Assembly: GCA_026770705.1 (NCBI GenBank)
Contig: JANJGN010000041.1
Coordinates: 4,898,001 to 4,962,000 of the forward strand
DNA: 64,000 bases
Direction: 5' to 3'
Source: Isurus oxyrinchus
Taxonomy: Eukaryota
In this document: piece by piece, positions 38,627 to 51,269 of the stretch
How positions within the stretch are numbered: the stretch's first letter is position 1
Layout: every line of letters starts with the position of its first letter
The notes under the pieces: generated by a model
What the model saw: the letters and a program-made list of their open reading frames with translations, nothing else
Database searches by the model: none
What the model was told of the DNA's origin: nothing
Program-made: the position numbers and the translations under genes

Positions 38627-40366
38627 GACAATTGAACAACTTCCTGCATAAGGAGGTCCAAAAATATCCACACCTCCAATCCTGCGAGGGCCCAGCACAT
38701 CAAAGGAAAATATAAAAATGAAGCATTCGCACAATTTCTCCTCTAGAGTTGCTAAGTGAATGACCTATCTTGGCCTCCTCCGTAGGTTCCCCACATCACT
38801 GATGATAGTCTTCAGCCAAGTGTCTACACTCCCCCTGATATCAGAGAACCGCTGAACCTCTGGATACTGCAAGACTTTGGGCACCAATAATATTCCAACA
38901 ATTGTACTGAAGGCTTGTGAACCCGATAGTGCCCTCTGCAATACCCATGCTGCTCCAGTACAGATTCAACGTTGGCACATACCCAAATATGTGAAATATC
39001 ACCCAGGGGCGTGATACAGAAAGGTGCTGCACAAACCCAACCCATTCACTAACAGTCGCATCAGCCTCCATTTCATCATCAGGAAAGTATCGGAAGGGTT
39101 CATCAAGCGGCATCTGATCAGCAGTACTCTGCTCACTGAGGCTCAGTTTGTATTCCACAGGGTGCACTCTGTTCCCAATAGCATCACAGCCATTGTCCAA
39201 ACTTGGAGACAAGAGCTGAACTCCAGATGTGACGTGACACTGACCGCACTTAATGTCAAGGCAGCATTTGATCAGGTGTGTCATGAAGGTGCCCTCAAAT
39301 AACTAAAGTCAATGCGGATCAACGGGAAAAACTTTCCGTCGGATAGAGTCATATCTGGCACAAGTGAATATGGCAGTGGTGGTTGCAGGTCATTCATCAC
39401 AGTTCAAGGATGTTACTGCAAGAGATGGTCAGGATTGTGCCTAGTCCTCAGCACCTTCAGCTGCTTCATCCATCACCTTTCTTCCCCATAGGTTCAGAAG
39501 TGGGGATGTTCGATGACGATTGCTCAATGGACAGAATATTTGCAACTCCACAAATACCGACCTGTCCATGCCAACATATAGGAAAGTCTGGACTTTTGCA
39601 GTCTTGCAAAGAGAAGTGTCAAGTAAGTTTTACGTCACATGCGTATTAAGCAATGCTTATGTCCAAAAAGTAATCTGACCATCGTCCCTTGGCATCAATG
39701 AAATTATGATTTCCGAAACCCCGTTATCATCATACTCAGAACAACCGTTGACCAGTAACTCAACAGGCCAAACCAGTCAAATGCTGTGGCTACAAGAGCA
39801 GGCCAGAGGCTAGGAAATCTTTGGCGAGTAACTCACAAGCTGACTCCCCAATGCTTGGCCACAGTCTGCAATACACAACACAGGGGCTCCTGTATAAATG
39901 CTGTTCCAATAGCCCTCAGGAACCTCAAAACCATCCACCACAAAGCTTGATTGGCAGCCCTTCAATAATCGCGCACTCCCTCCAACACTGACAAACTGCG
40001 ACAGCAGTTTGCACCAGCTACAAATATTCCTCAGGGGCACACCACTCTACCTCAGACAGTACATCCCAAATCCAAAACAGCAGCCATCTAGACGGACAGG
40101 AACAGCAGGCACATGGAACACCAGCACTGCAGGTGCTCCTCCCTGCCGCTCACCATCCTGGCTTGGGACTATTACCGTTCCTTCATTGTCGCTTGGTCAG
40201 ACCCTGGAGCTACCTCCCTAACTGACCTCTGGGTTTATGTGCATCACATGCACAGCCAGGGTTCAAGTATGTAGCTCCCCACCACCTTCCCAAGGTTAAT
40301 AAGGACGGGCATTAAATGGCTGTCTAGACAAAGATGACAACCTGCCATAAAAGAAGAATAACAATA
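38627..40366 (+). mobile_element. Second-family CR1/L2-group LINE nested in the CR1 copy
   Basis: ALNVKAAFDQVCHEG (~LDIKAAFDRVWH) in ORF 39024, MFDDDC at ~39506, and an A-rich tail at ~40348-40366; flanked by tagaca at 38621-38626 and 40367-40372. Confidence 0.8.
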
Positions 40367-40639
40367 TAGACATGCTAATGAGGTGAGTTTTTTTTTTCAA
40401 TTTTTCATCATTAAGTGGCAGTCTGTTCGTAGACAATGAAGGAAATGTTATGGAATTTATTCAATGTCGATTTAGAAAGATTTTTGATAGAGCAGGGAGT
40501 TATGGGCTATGGACCATGTCGGATGTTGGAGTCCAGAGACCTTGCAGGTCAGTTATGACCTTAATGAATAGTGGAGCTGGATAGAAGTGCCGATTGACCT
40601 ATTCCCGACGCTAAGAGCTATATTCAAATCTTACTTTTT

Positions 40640-41000
40640 CCTTAATTGTAAAGAGTATGTATACTTGTTCACTCCTGTTCTCCAGTCCACTTTCAAATAA
40701 GGTCAATGTGTCTTCTGCCGTCTTAATGGATTTATTAACACACCAGCTCTCGCGTTTCAAACTTTTAAAATATTATACTCTGTTCTCACAATATTAGGTC
40801 GGAGGTCAATGACTTCATACTTCGACACATGACACTTCATCTAACATCATATTGACAACTCAATTCAGCATTCTATATTGCTCTGCATCCTTTCTATCCT
40901 CCCCTCAGCTTAACTTTCTGCATAGGTCTATATCATCAGCAAAGCTAATTAAATGTTTCTTTGTTTCTTCTTTCGAGTCTTTAAGGTTGATTTTAAGAGC
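40640..41000 (-). mobile_element. CR1 RT fragment
   Basis: atatcatcagcaaagct is minus-strand SFADDI near 40930-40946. Confidence 0.6.
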
Positions 41001-41436
41001 CATTCAGCAACTTTCAGCCTTTTACTCAGGAACACGAAAAGGTAATTCTGAGCATCGGGCATTTTTGAATTGAACTAGAATAGGTATCCAATGCCTCGAG
41101 CCAGTTTCATTGAAATAGAAGAAGGCTATTACGTCCTTCTTGTGTTTGTTACAAACGAGCAGGAGGAAGGCATTCAGTCTCAGTCGATCTTATTACACAG
41201 GGAAAGGGATAAACATGATTCATTTTAATTTCGACCCTGAAAGACAGGAGCAGGGGGATGTCATTTTGCACCCACAGCCTGTTGCCGCAGAACACTGGGA
41301 ACTGACTCTATGGGAGCAAATAACACGTCCTTGGAATGCTCAGCACAGGCCTTAGTGGATCACAGAAGTTTGGAAAATAAGGCTTCTCTTGTGGAATTGC
41401 ATATGTTGTGGGATATCGATGCTAATGAGTTCTTTA

Positions 41437-43885
41437 ACAAAAATAAACATCCCTGAAAAAACTCAGCCGGTCTGGCAGCATCTGCGGAGTGGAACACAAT
41501 TAACGTTTCGAGTCCGTAGGACTCTTCAACAGAGCTAAGTAAAAATAGAAGAGAGGTGAAATATAAGCTAGTTTAAGGGCGGTGGGTGGTGGGACAAGTA
41601 GAGCTTGATGGAGGACCAGTGACAGGTGGAGATAGCCAAAAGATGGCTTACACAAAAGTACAAAAAGGTGTAGGAGGTGGTCATGTTATCTAAGGAATCT
41701 AATAATTATGTTTAGAAAGCAGTAGAAGCAAGTTACAGATAGTGGGGATAGGGAAGGGTGAAGGAATCGAAAAAGGCTGAAAGGTAGAGAAAAAACAATA
41801 GATGGAAATACATTTAAAAATACGGGAAATAAGTGGTAAACTAAAAGTCTAACTAATTTGAAAAAAAAGGGTGGATCTGAATGGCGGTGGGGTTGGAGGA
41901 GAAAGTTCATGATTTGATATTGGTGATCTCAAAATTCAGCCCGGAAGGCTGTAAAGTGCCTTGTCGGAAGATGAGGTGCTGTTCCTCCACTTCCCTGGCC
42001 CCAACCGCCTCCACTTCACCTTGGACGTTCAATCACTCAACACCTCCATTCCCCACCGGGATAGCCTGATGGCTTTCCAATTCTTCCTCGAACAGAGGTC
42101 CGAACAATATCCATCCACAACTATTCTCCTCCGTCTGGCTGAATTTGTTCCGACCCTGAACAATTTCTCCTTATACTCCTCTCACTGCCTGCAATTAAAA
42201 GGTGTGTTTCTGGGTAACCGCATGGGTCCTAGCAATGCCTGTCTCCTTTTGGGGTATGTGGAACATTCGTTGTTCTAGTCCTACTCCGGCCCCTTCCCAC
42301 AACATTTTCTCTGTTACATCGATGATGCCTTCGGTGCTGCTTCATGCACCTGGACATGGAAAAAATTATTGAATTTGCTTCCAATTTACACCCCTCCATC
42401 ATTTTCACATGGTCAATCTCGGACACTTCCCTTCCAATCCTTGACCTCCCTGTCTCAATTTCTGCTGTTTGACTGTCCAACAATATCCATTACAAGCCTA
42501 CCGACTCCCACTGCTACCTCGACTACAGCTCCTTACACCCCGCTTCCTTTAAGGGATCCATTCCATTATCTCAGTTCCTTCGCCTCAGTCGCATTTGCAT
42601 TGATGATGTCAATTTCAGAAACACTTCCCCTGACATGTCTTCCTTCTTCCTTAACCAAGGATAACCACTCATGGTGGTTTCAAGGGCCCTCAACCATGTC
42701 CAGCCCATCTCCCACGCATCCGCCCTGACATTTTCCTCTCTGTCCCAGGAACATGACAGGGTCCCCCTTTTCCTCAATTATCAACCCACCAGCCTTCGCA
42801 TTCATAGGATCATCCTCTGCCATTTACGCCAATTCCAGCATGATGCCAGCACCAAGCATATCTTCTCTTCACCACCCCAGGCGGCATTCCACAGGGATCA
42901 TTCCTTCCAGGACACCCTGGTCCACTCCTACATGGCCTCCTACATCCAACCCCTCCCATGGCACCTTCCCATGAAACTGCAGAAATTGCAACACCTGCAA
43001 ATTTACTTCCCCCCTTCTCACCACCCAACTGCCCAAACGCTCCTTTCAATGAAGCAGCATTTCACTTGCACTTCCCTCAATTTAGTCTACTCCATTCGTT
43101 GCTCCCAATGTGGTTTCCACTTCATTGGAGAGACCAAGCACAGACTGGGTGATCGCATTGCAGAACACCTTTGGTCTGTCTGCAAGCATTTCGCAGACCT
43201 CCCATTCGGCTGCCATTTCAACACTCCACGCTGTTCTCATGCCCACATGTCTGTCCATGGCCTGCTGCATTGTTCCAGTGAATCTCACCACATATTGGAG
43301 GAACAGCACCTCATCTTCCAACTGGGCGCTTTACTGCCTTCCGGACTGAATATTGAGTTCAACAACTTTAGATCATGAACTCTCCCCTCCATTCCCACAC
43401 ACTTTCTGATCCACCCGCACCCACGCCCCCCCCACCTTTTTTCCAATAATTTTTCAGGTTTTTCTTTTCCACCTATTTCTATTATTTTTTAATGTCCTTC
43501 TACCCATTGTTTTATCTCTACCTTTCAGCCTTTTTCGATTCCCTCACCCCAACCCCACTAGGACTATGTGTACCTTGCTTGTCCCGCATTCCACCCTTAA
43601 TCGGCACATTCATTAGGTAATATCATCACCTCCAACACATCTTTGTCCTCTTGTCTATGACAACTTTTGACTATCTCCACAAATCACTGGCCCTCTAAAC
43701 AGACCTAAATTTCCCAGCACCCCCTACCCCGCAACCCCCCCTCCTTTAACCAGCTTATGTTTCACCTCACTTCTATTTTTGTTGAAGAGTCATACAGACT
43801 CGAAATCTTAACTGTGTTCCTCTCCGCAGATGCTGCCTGACCTGCTGAATTCCATTTTTGTTTTGGATTTCCAGCATCTGCACTT
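41437..43885 (+). mobile_element. Penelope-like element (RT plus GIY-YIG endonuclease), 5'-truncated, with inverted pLTR at the 5' side
   Basis: RT motifs LDVQSLNTSIP, LQLKGVFLGNRMGPSNACL..GYVE and YIDD (~42316); GIY-YIG region CTSLNLVYSIRCSQCGFHFIGETKHRLGDRIAEH; ~41445-41989 is the reverse complement of ~43297-43880. Contains stops and frameshifts. Confidence 0.92.
41499..41536 (-). ncRNA. Putative minimal type-I hammerhead ribozyme motif (variant core) in pLTR
   Basis: Minus strand: agct-CTGTTGA-a-GAGTC-ctacg-GACTC-GAAAC-GTT-aa, with a perfect 5-bp helix II. Related copies at 43779-43813 (+) and 11235-11273 (+). Confidence 0.55.
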
Positions 43886-44119
43886 TTTTTTTTTTGCTTT
43901 TACCATTATGATTTTTTTGGTGTTGCTGGTTTTCATGACATGAAAGTAACCAAATGGAAGCTGGGAGGGGTGTCTCTGGCTCATGCAACTGAAAGGAATG
44001 GGGGATCCGTGGCGCTGAAGTGAAGTTTTCTGCTGATAACTTTGGATACTGCAAAGTTCCCCGACATCGGTTAAGGTAACTACACTTTATGAGAAGAATC
44101 ACAAGAAGATATGTCTGCC

Positions 44120-46310
44120 ATTTATGTTCCAGGAACGGATCATGGGTGTTTTCCCTTTACATTGAAATTGGAAAAATCAGCTTAGTAGTAACAGGATGGA
44201 TGAATAATACAAATAATGCCTCCGATGTATATTTGGTATTTTGCATTTAAAAAGTATTAATTAATGACCTCGGTGTAAAGGCACTCGTCGGTAGCAGCGT
44301 GCAATATATGATTGAAATATACCTCCAGTTTCAAATGGAGAAGAATATGCCTAAGATTAGTATTTTAAGCTTAAATATGGGCATCTAATTGGCCATAAAT
44401 GCTGAGCGAGCTGAAGCAAACGGGCATATTAGGCTAGTGGATAGCTCAAAAGGAGAAGCAGTGTCTAGCAGTTAATGAGGCATTTCAGTATACTCAGAAT
44501 AAGTATATCTCTGCAGGAAAGGAAGATTCTTAAGGGATAACTCAAAAAGTTAGGGAAAGCATCGAGCTGATGGAAAATGGAATAGACCCTGCAAAGTTTG
44601 CTGCCAGGTCTGATTATTGGCCAGATTAAAATGAACATCAAAGAATGACGAAATGGTTACCAAGAATAACAAATTTATGTATGAGGGGAAATCAGGTAGT
44701 AATATAAATCGGATTTTTTCAAAAGTAAAAGAGTAAGTAAAGGGAGTGATATTCCCATTATGAGTTTTTTTTTTTTAAAAAAGAGGCAATATTAGCTAAT
44801 AATGAAATGCTGGATGCAATTAAGTCATATATTCTTTCTCTATTCAGCACACAAGTAGCAGAAATGTTCCAGTAATAGCTGTAAAGCAAGAGAGGAAAGG
44901 GGGAGCGAGACTTGGTGTAATTGCAATCACTAGGAAAGAGGTCGTGAACGAACGGATGAAGCTGCAGGCAGACAGGTCTCAATGTCCTCAGGAACATCAT
45001 CTTTGGATCTTAAAGGAGGAGGCTAATGAGGTAGTAGATTCGTTGGTGTTAAAAATCCAATATTCCCTAGTTTCTGGAAATGTCCCATTCCACTGGGAGC
45101 GCATTAAAAACGTCAATATTCACGAAGGAAGGGACATGGAAAACAGGAAACAATGGGCCAGTTAGCTTGACATCTGCCATGGGGACGGTGTTAGAACGAT
45201 CAGGCAAGAGGTTATAGCTGGGCACTTAGAAATAATCAAGATAATCAGGAAGAGTATCAATGGTATTGTGAAAGGGAAATCTTGCTTAACCATTTAATTT
45301 GAATGATCAACGTGCGTTGTCGATAAAGTGGTGGTTTTGCACGCGTTGTATTAAGGATTCTTGGAAGGCATTCGATAAGATGCCGCATCCAAGTTTATTT
45401 TAGAAGAAAAATGCACATGGCCTATGGGTAAACTTATTAACAAGGCTAGAAGTTTGGTTAGCTGGCAGATAACAGAGAAGATCGAGCGTATTTTGGGAAA
45501 ATGAAAATGTTTCACTCTGGCAGGGTAAATGTAAATAAAACTTGGTGATACTTACCAAAAAAAAGACTGCAGGTTTCCGAACTGCAGAGGGATCAACCTG
45601 GTCTAGTACATGAGTCGGAAAAAGTGGCCATGCAGGGATGGCATTGTAATTCAGATGGGTAATTAAATGTTCTGCTTTTTTTGAGGGTAACTGAACATAA
45701 TAAGTAAGAATGATATGCTTCACTTAAACACATCATTGGTGAAATATGGAATATTGTTTGTAGTTTTGATTTCCATTTTTATGGAAGGATGTGAATGCAT
45801 GGGGGCGCTTCAGAGAAGGCTCACTATATTGTCACCAGGAATGAATGGGATGTCTTTTGGGGGAAGGTTAGGAAGATCGGCCTTGCCTGCAGAACATGTT
45901 ACAGGAGGGAGGGGTGAAATAATTGAAGTTTATGCGAACCTGAAAGCTTTTGACAGGGGATGGGAAACCATCTTTCAAGTTTTGGGTGAGCCCTGAATTA
46001 GGAGGTATCCTTTAGAAAAAAGTTTTGCCCTTTAAGGACACAGCTTATGAGTTTGTGTTTTATTTTGTTTGTTTCTCCTCGAGGTTTATCTGACATTGGA
46101 ACTCTTTTCCTGAGAAGGCAGTGCAGGTTCGATCACTGAATATTTTAAGATGGTGGTCAAAATATTATCCCAAGGAAAATGAATCAAAGTTTAAGAGGTT
46201 GGCTGGAAATTTGGTTCTCGAAACAAGCAGATTATCCATGAACTATATGAATGGTGGAAAAGGCTCAATGATCCAAAAGCAACCGTCTGCTCATATCTTC
46301 TGTTTTCGTA
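44120..46310 (+). mobile_element. Degenerate CR1 ORF2 with internal deletions
   Basis: ILKEEANEVVDSL, NVPFHW, KGKSCLT (~45270), KAFDKMPH (~45365) and ALQRRLTILSPGM, followed by a typical CR1 3' end. Confidence 0.85.
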
Positions 46311-46759
46311 TGTTTGTAATCGTGATGACATGGACGAATTTGATAACAACAATAAAAAGATTAAATTAAGTTACTGCCAGAGCGAAAGAGGTCAGTGAGC
46401 ACAAGGGGGATCGTTAATGATTTTTTGTGAGAGTTCAGATGCAGGAAGTTTTAGATGAGTTTTGATCATGCAGATTTTTAACTGGGTGTTGCCAGGAAAA
46501 GAATTAGAAGAGGTGAGCCTGGATTTCACAAAAGGACGGGTGAGGCTTTGAGCAGCAGATGTTCTGAGATAGAAGTTCTTATATAATGTAAAAGATCGAG
46601 TGAAACGCATTGGGTGACGTGATAATGTGGAGGTGCTTGTCAGTCATTGCCAAGTAGATCAGAGAGGTTGCGAACTGTCTGGTTCAGCATCAGATATTGG
46701 CCAGACACTGGTCCATGTACACATATTGATTGGAAATGAGGAAAATGTCCGCCATTTTC

Positions 46760-49700
46760 ACATCTTTCACCAATAATCTCCTGGTTTTCTCAGCAACACC
46801 TCAAATCTTTCCCGCCTGGAGACTCACAAAACTGCAACTAAAGTGCTGACTGCCAAAATGTGCTTAGATTTTCAACGCCGCTCTATAACCTCTTTTGAAT
46901 ACACTGTGCTTAAAGCTGAAAAAACTCTTCGATTCCAGCTTTGCATTTCGGTGAGCTCCAAACTGGCAAACTCACTAAAGGAATAACATTTGAAGGCAAG
47001 CAAATTTCCATTGCTTCCAATAAATAGGTTAAACAATATTTTATTTCAGGAGATATTCATTCAATCGCACTTCTCCCTTTTTTCACATCTTTCCTGAATT
47101 TGTACATTACTTACCGTCTGTGAACGCTTCCTTTCAACACATAAAAATCCAAGCAGAAGGAAACAGCAACCTTGCAAAAGGCCAAGATAATCTTTCGTAA
47201 AAACAAAGTTTCGCCAACTATCCCTTGGTTCTTTCAGGAACACATCACATCTTTGCCACCTGGTAACTCAGTCTACTGCATCTAAAGTTCTGACTGCCAA
47301 AATGTTCCTGGATTTCGAACGCCGCTCTATATCCACTTCAGAGTAAATTGTGTTAAAAGCTGAGGTAAACTAATCGAATTGGCCTTTGCCTGCCGCCCGA
47401 GTCATGCATGGCCTGTGCCTTGCAAGTAAGACTTTCCCTCTGAAGGGACAAATTGCACGTTGGGAGAGAGAACAGGGCATTTGCCTCAAAATGAAAAATT
47501 GCTGGAAAATATCAGAGGGCCTGACTTTATCTGTCGAGAACAAAAGAGGGTTGTTTTCTCGACTCAATTGGAGTCTTCATTAGAACTGTCATTTGTCAAC
47601 TTTGTTCGGACGTGTTTGCTTATGTTCCGTAAGAAGGCTATCCTCACCGCCTTTATGCACTTCTCGTTAGGCACTTAAAATTCAGCCTGAAATGAAAGCA
47701 GAGCTGCGTCCAATCTACCCAATAGCCCCATAAAATTCTGAATCAAAATATGCTTCCCCCATGCAGCCTCTGCTTCTCTAATCTCCTTGCCCCCTGTTAG
47801 TCCTGCCTTCTGCATCTGGATGGTTCCTGCCGCTGCACTGAGTCTTTCTCTCTGAAGAGACTGCCCCGAAGTTTTAAGAATTTAGAATGTGCCAGCTGGT
47901 GATTTGGAAACGTTGTTCCGACATGATTGCTTATGTTGCTGTGTTGAAATGAATAAATAATCTTTTATTATTCCCTTTTACATGAGTTGTTTTGAGTCCC
48001 TCCCCCTAACTATTGTCTGGATAATGGAAATGGAGTGCAGAGCATGGCTCCGGGAGGTTAGCGCCTGAAGCAGAATTCCTTATCAGACTTTGCGAGGGAC
48101 ACAATGAGGGAAAAAGCCGAAAGAAAAGCACATTTGATTCTGGATGACGGGAAAAACTGAAGTAATTGGATGAATTTCTAGAGAGATGATGCATCCGGTG
48201 TATTTCCTTGTAAGGTGAATGTATGAATTGTGCAGGCAAACAGGATAACTTGCTTCAAAATGGAAATCCCAAAGCAACTCAGAATCTCACTGCCTCTCGG
48301 GACATGTCTCAGGCCCCTTCGTATAGTGGCCAGTATTCCGCACCTGTCAGGCGGGAGACGGTAGCTTAATTCCCCGACGGGGAGGCACATCTTTGTTCGA
48401 AAAGTTTGTGGTGGAAGCCGTGCACACGATTTTGAATTAAGTGTTTTGATTTCTCTTTTGGCAGTTAACATTCCACCTGAATTTCAATCAGCGTTGTGGA
48501 CCATTTGTTCAATGGTCTAACACAATTGTCCATCAAAACATTCTATCCTCTTGTATACTTTGGTTCCATGGAAGCATTGCGTCCTGCATGTCCTCCCTTC
48601 TCCAACTAAAGGATTCATGACTTTTAATCTGTCGATCGAGTGTCTTCCATAATTCCTGTGCTTAAAGCTGAACAAGTTTTTATTTTCATTATTTAGGCAT
48701 ATCAAAACTGCCAAACATGGCTTGTGCTGCTGCACTGAGCCGTTCTCTCTGAAAATGCTGCCCAGCAACATTAAACACCCACCGAGTTCGCCAGCTGGTG
48801 ATTTGTAAAAGTTTCTTTCGGACGTGTTTAGTTTTGTAGCTCAGTGGGAATGAATAAACAATGTCTGTTACTGGTTTCAGGAGATGTTTTGACTCCGAGC
48901 CCATGATGGTGGTTGTGCTGAAAACGGAAATGGAGCCCGTAGCAGGACTCCAGGGTGTAGGCGACTGAAGTAGATGGATGGCTTCAAACTTTGCATGAGA
49001 TCAAATGAGACAAATTGTCAGTGATGAAGCACCTTTCCTTGGGCATAAAGTGCAAAACTGAATCGATGGATTGATGACCTGGAGGGAAGATGCGCACCAA
49101 ATATTGCTCTTGAATATAAACATATGGATTGCGCAGGGAAATGGGGCAATTTGTGTATTAAAACTGAGAGCTGAGGACAAATTTAAATCTCACTAGCCCA
49201 CTGCGCGAGCACTGGCCGAGCTCTCCTCGTTAGCATTGTGGTTAGGATCCCAACTTGTCTTGCAGGAGACCGGGGTTCATTAACTTGGTAGGCAAGCCCT
49301 TGTTCCAAACTTTGGACATCAAAAGCTTTTCAGTCGCAAATCACTTTCCAGTCCCGCGTGGGGGTTCATCATAATGTTCCCGCGCTCAGAATGGTGGACA
49401 GGACCAGATTTGCGTAAAACAAATATGAGCAAACTTGCTGGGCAGAGCAGGAGATCACAATCTCCCGTGGGAATCGGCCGTTTGCCCCATCATTACCCAT
49501 GGCTTGTCGCATTAAGTAACCATTGGGGCGTTTCCATGAAGACAATGCATTTCTTGTGTGGCCATGACATATTCCTGAAACCACAACGGCACAAGTTATA
49601 GCAGACTTTGCAACAAAACTTAAAGCCGACTCACTTCACAACTTGACACTAATGAGGATCGAGCACTGACTGAACACAACATGTTCAAGGCAGGACCACA

Positions 49701-51170
49701 GTTCCAAATCAACTGCATCATATGCGGTTAAAGCATAAATTGACATCTACAATGAACACAATGAAGGTTAGCGATCCGTGTACAGAAGCACTCAGAAAGG
49801 AAAACACATTGAGGCACGCAAATTCAAATTATGTGCAATAAATATGAAATAAACAAACATTGTTCAATTATATTCTCATCCAATCGCTGTTCTCCCTCCT
49901 TTCTCTGCATTGCTTCATGTGTAACTTCCTCATGGAATACGTACACGTCCCTTGAGTAAATTACAATTCAATCAGTAGTACAAAAAAAACACGTTGCATG
50001 CAGTCTGTTCAAGAGGCCAAAATAATAATGCTTAAAAACAAAGGTTCCCCGAGCAGCCCCTGGTTCTCTCGCCTGGTAGCTCGCCTTGCTATAATTAAAC
50101 TCCTCTTTCTGATAATATCCCTAGATTTTGAACACATATCTTTACCATCTTCGGAAAATGCTGTGCTTATATGGGAACAAAAGTATTCGAGTTCATCTTT
50201 GCATGCAACAGCAGTCATCATGCATTGTTGTCGCCACATCACTGAAAACTTATCTCTCCAGTGTGATGCCCAGAAGCCTAAAATATCCAGTGTGGATCAA
50301 CCTCGTACTTCCCAAATTGCTTCTGGCATGATTGTTTATTTTGTTCTGAATTCAGGCTATCCTTAGAGAATTTAGACTTCTAGTTAACATTCAGTCTGAA
50401 ATGAAAACGCCCTTACAAAAAAATGTTAAATAGAATGAAACAGTTCTGCGTCGACACATACCTTCCTCACTCAGCCCCTGGTTCCGTGAAATGATTAAGC
50501 CACTGATTGCCCAACCTTCTGCAAGTAAATGTCCTGAAAATGTTTGAGGATTTTAACCACTCAATCGAGCGCCTTCTTTAATTTCTGTGCTGTATACTGA
50601 CCATGAGCATTCTGGTTCTTTTATTTCACATGTCGCCGCTGTCAGACATGGCTCCTGCCGCTGCACTGAGCATTTCTATCTGAAGGGAGCCAGGAATGGT
50701 TAAAAATTCAGAGTGCGCCGGAACGTGATTTGTAGATATTGCTTCAGACGGAGTTTGCTTATGTTGCTGAGTGGAAATGAATAAAGCATGTTTGTTTCCT
50801 GTTTCATATGACATGTTGAATCCGACCCCCTGATGGCCGTTGCCCTAGAAATGGAAATGCAGCGTGTATCGTGTCTGCAAATGGCGGGCAAATGAAGTAG
50901 ATGGGCGGCTTCAATGTTTCCAATGACTAAATAAGGCAACTTGTAGTTAGTTGTGCATCTTGGCTTGAGGATAAAGGGCAAAAACGACTGAGCAATGATC
51001 TAGAGAGATGCTACTTCGCCTGTGCTTAATTGGAATGTGCATTTCTGAATATTGCAGGAAAATTGGGTAGTTCCAGGGTTCATTTCCCCGAGAGGAACAT
51101 AATCCTTTGTTCACACCGTGAAACGAGGACTCATGTTTCTGAATCGCAAATCAGTTTTCCTTGACACACA
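46760..51170. repeat. Old, diverged tandem array of about 6 partial copies of an unidentified ~450-900-bp unit
   Basis: Shared anchors: ctgtgcttaaagctgaa (46904, 48656); catgg..ctgccgctgcactgag..tttct.tctgaa (~47407, 47820, 48716, 50647); tgatttg..gac..g.ttgcttatgtt (~47590, 47900, 48800, 50727); ggaaatgga (~48026, 48926). Confidence 0.75.
47490..47590 (-). mobile_element. Old pLTR-end fragment inserted in one array unit
   Basis: aaaaattgctggaaaatatcag...atctgtcgag resembles 41445-41540 and retains a gactc-caatt-g-gagtc hairpin. Confidence 0.55.
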
Positions 51171-51269
51171 GAGATCATGGTGAATCTCATGCACTCAGCA
51201 GAATTATTTAAGTTGCTTGGTTGATAAGAATGTGTCTTTGAGAATTGGGTCAGAGGCGATGATTGGTGA

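Noticed and set aside
42671-43378. 235-aa ORF as a host gene or active endonuclease
   Set aside because: It is the C-terminal part of the Penelope ORF, with degenerate motifs and upstream stops and frameshifts.
46760-51170. Repeated protein domain on the minus strand (SVQRQEPC...SALST...KSR)
   Set aside because: Copies contain stops and non-triplet indels and show no obvious third-position bias; no family recognised.
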